Of a DNA stretch of 64,000 nucleotides, positions 61,855 to 64,000 are shown in pieces. Numbering within the stretch: position 1 is the first letter of the stretch; the number at the start of each line of letters is the position of its first letter. Source of the DNA: a virus. Where the stretch lies: IMG/VR virus record IMGVR_UViG_3300040801_006072, positions 180-64,179 of that record. One strand, 5' to 3'. The notes under the pieces were generated by a model. The model worked only from the letters and a program-made list of their open reading frames with translations. It searched no databases and was not told the origin of the DNA. The translations under genes and the position numbers were made by a program.

Positions 61855-64000
61855 TTATGCTTCGCCGATGTTCGCCGACAGGTCTGCACCTGTGTTTCTG
61901 ATACGAATCGGAATGAAGATAAATTCAACTGCTCTTGTTGGTACAATAGCAATGTCAATCCAAAGCTCATTTCGATCAATTCTTGCAGGTGTATTGTTGC
62001 TTTCGTCACATACGACCAAGAAGTCAGTAATGCCACGCAGTGTAACCAGTTCTGCAAGGAAACGATCAAATGCATCTTGTGCATTAGAACGTGTCTGGCT
62101 GTCGTTTGGTTCGAACAAGAACGGTCTGGACAGTTCTTCTGCTTGGAATCGAATGTAGTTAATTAGTCGTGCTACATTGATTCTGCTTAATGCACCGTCG
62201 GTTGGGTTGCGAGTCTTTTGACCATATGCAACAAGACCGCTATTCGGAATAAACGCAATTGGGTTCACATCGTTCACATAAAGTGTGTCACGCTGCCCTT
62301 CGTTAAGCGTTACTGCAACAAACTCACCTTCACTGTTCACATAACCAACTGCTGTTGCGTTATCGATTCTGCCTCGTGTTAAGCCGGCTGGTGCAAACCA
62401 TGGGAATGCAACCTGATCGTTAAACGCAATAGTCCTTAGCATCATGTGGCTAGCAGGTACAACTACGTTGCTACCGTCGATGTTAGTCGAAAGTCCACTT
62501 GGGTAGTAAACACCTAAGTTAGGATCGGTTGTGACAAGTCCATCCTGGCCGTTTCCTGATGCATTGTTTGCATTAGTTGTCCATGCTTGTAGTGCAGTGC
62601 TGTTCGATGGAAGATCGAACGGACTGTCTGCAACAATAAACGCAGTTTCTTTACGATCAACGTTTAGAGCAACCATCTCGTCAATTGTCTCTGGGTAGCC
62701 CGGAGAAGCAATTAGGTTGAAGAACAAGAACTCGGAACGAATGTCTTCGTTATTGACAATCGATGCCTGGATAGCTTGCACAATAACTGCTCGCTGTGCA
62801 TCGTCGCCCATTAGTGGAGAACCGTCTAGGTCGTTGCCTGAAGCATTTACCCAGCGTCCTTCAACTACTGGATTACCAAAACCATCTTCGTCAACTACTC
62901 TGTCAGCGTCCCAAACTCTTACACCTCGTGTAGAGAATCTGGTGTTCCACAGTAAGAAACCTTCAGGATACGCATCTGCATCAGGAGCATCAATGTCTAG
63001 GTCAGGTGCGCCAGGTGTTCCGCCGTTATTATTACCGGTGTCAGTTCCAAACTCTGGGTCTGGACGAGCATCTGTGAAAATAATACCATTGTTAGTGGTC
63101 TGGTCTGCGTTATCAATTAGAATCCAACGCAGTTCGCTTGCTCTCCAGCGCTGAATCACAGGATATGCATCAAGCTGGTCTGTATCAACCCAAAGGTCAC
63201 CGTCTACAAGAGTTGCACCAGTCTGAACTGGATCGGTAGCTTGTAGATAAAGTGTAGGTTGACCCAGTATTGGAGTAAATCCTGGTAGGCTAACATTTTC
63301 CCAGCTATTGCCTGATCCTTTGATCAGCAAGTCAACTGTAGAAAGTCCGTCGCCATCTGTGCCTACTTCTGGGTTGTACCAGTATACGCCATCTGCTGGG
63401 CCCTGGCGAGGTTCTGTCGGAGAAGCTTGGTAAGCATCCTGTCCTAGTGTTACCCAGACTGTTCCGTCCCAGCGCTTAATTAATAGTGTTGCTGCTAGTG
63501 GGTCAAAGTCAATGTAAAAATCGCCAACTGCTAGACTAGCACCATAGAAAGCATTAGCCGCAGTGTCATCTTCTAGTAGAGGTGCTGTCTGCTGAACATA
63601 CTGTCCAGTGTCTGCAGATAGTACGCTGATTACGTATGCTGATCCGCCAGCGCCTGTAGATGTCTTAAGCCAGTAGTCGCCTAGTGCTAGTGCAGTAGAA
63701 CCGTCGCTTTGTGTTGTTGGGAAAATCGGATCTGCTTGGAAGTCAGATGCAGTAGTATCAAGTCTCACCCATGTGCCAACTGCTGGTCCGCCTGCAAGGG
63801 CTTTTACGTAATATTCTACCTGCTTGTCGCCTGCGCTGTCGACGTCAATTACAACAGCATGTGAACCTACAGGAGCAGCAATAATGTCTGCTTCTGTGGA
63901 TGCATCGATATCGCCCTCGAAGACAAAATCAATTGCAACCTGTTCCCATGTTGGAAGAGTTGCGTCAGTAACAGTGAACAGACCGAACTGAGTCTGTGCA
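61855..64000 (-). CDS. contractile tail sheath protein (T4 gp18-like); 5' end lies beyond the window
   Basis: LIASPGY, YYPSG, WFAPAGLTRG, VNPI, GQKT, RINVARL, FEPND and AVEFIFIP. The frame stays open upstream of the track's GTG at 63768 as far as I translated it, so it probably runs off the window. Confidence 0.93.
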   Translation of the reverse strand, partial: AQTQFGLFTVTDATLPTWEQVAIDFVFEGDIDASTEADIIAAPVGSHAVVIDVDSAGDKQVEYYVKALAGGPAVGTWVRLDTTASDFQADPIFPTTQSDGSTALALGDYWLKTSTGAGGSAYVISVLSADTGQYVQQTAPLLEDDTAANAFYGASLAVGDFYIDFDPLAATLLIKRWDGTVWVTLGQDAYQASPTEPRQGPADGVYWYNPEVGTDGDGLSTVDLLIKGSGNSWENVSLPGFTPILGQPTLYLQATDPVQTGATLVDGDLWVDTDQLDAYPVIQRWRASELRWILIDNADQTTNNGIIFTDARPDPEFGTDTGNNNGGTPGAPDLDIDAPDADAYPEGFLLWNTRFSTRGVRVWDADRVVDEDGFGNPVVEGRWVNASGNDLDGSPLMGDDAQRAVIVQAIQASIVNNEDIRSEFLFFNLIASPGYPETIDEMVALNVDRKETAFIVADSPFDLPSNSTALQAWTTNANNASGNGQDGLVTTDPNLGVYYPSGLSTNIDGSNVVVPASHMMLRTIAFNDQVAFPWFAPAGLTRGRIDNATAVGYVNSEGEFVAVTLNEGQRDTLYVNDVNPIAFIPNSGLVAYGQKTRNPTDGALSRINVARLINYIRFQAEELSRPFLFEPNDSQTRSNAQDAFDRFLAELVTLRGITDFLVVCDESNNTPARIDRNELWIDIAIVPTRAVEFIFIPIRIRNTGADLSANIGEA

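Noticed and set aside
2026-63154. Numerous plus-strand ORFs in the track (e.g. 12387..12893, 29657..30163, 48229..48777, 59195..59647)
   Set aside because: They are antisense shadows of well-supported minus-strand genes with no motifs or RBS. Only 42578..42946 is accepted.
1-64000. Whole-genome reassignment of TAG (genetic code 15 or similar)
   Set aside because: Long core genes are intact under code 11. About 11 genes end plausibly at TAG, often overlapping the next start. Only one internal TAG was found, which points to suppression, not reassignment.

Overview
The window is part of a jumbo/giant tailed dsDNA phage genome: a T4-superfamily myovirus with the gene set of the RaK2/GAP32/Atu_ph07-type jumbo phages, and a likely proteobacterial host. 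Almost all real genes are on the minus strand. From low to high coordinates it holds: nucleotide metabolism and accessory genes (folE, thyA, SleB-type hydrolase, two metallophosphoesterases, nrdB, nrdA); a ~22 kb block of virion/fibre/decoration proteins; a cluster of small proteins sharing an N-terminal M-[RK]-L-x-E-[IL] motif plus a GH108 lysozyme; a T4-like replication/recombination core (gp41 helicase, primase, a mini DnaE-like polymerase, UvsW, UvsY, UvsX, gp32); and terminase, gp4, tail tube and tail sheath. The most interesting signal is a multi-part stop-codon recoding system that the ORF track hides. (1) A canonical 76-nt tRNA with anticodon CUA (amber suppressor, Trp-like anticodon arm) at 49741-49816 has its own sigma70 promoter. 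(2) An unannotated 97-codon late gene (35506-35799) has an in-frame TAG in the context LEG*VQSKIT, where I recall homologues having Trp. (3) A domain-1-less RF1-type release factor (42943-43626, PxT and GGQ motifs) is interrupted by an in-frame TGA at codon 50, followed 10 nt later by a hairpin, and sits behind a TATAAATA late promoter. TAG still ends about 11 ordinary genes, so this looks like conditional suppression, not wholesale code reassignment. Also notable are an H-type pseudoknot just upstream of the gp32 ribosome-binding site and a 196-aa DnaE-like protein that keeps all three catalytic aspartates. Protein assignments come from motif recognition and recalled family knowledge; no database searches were run.
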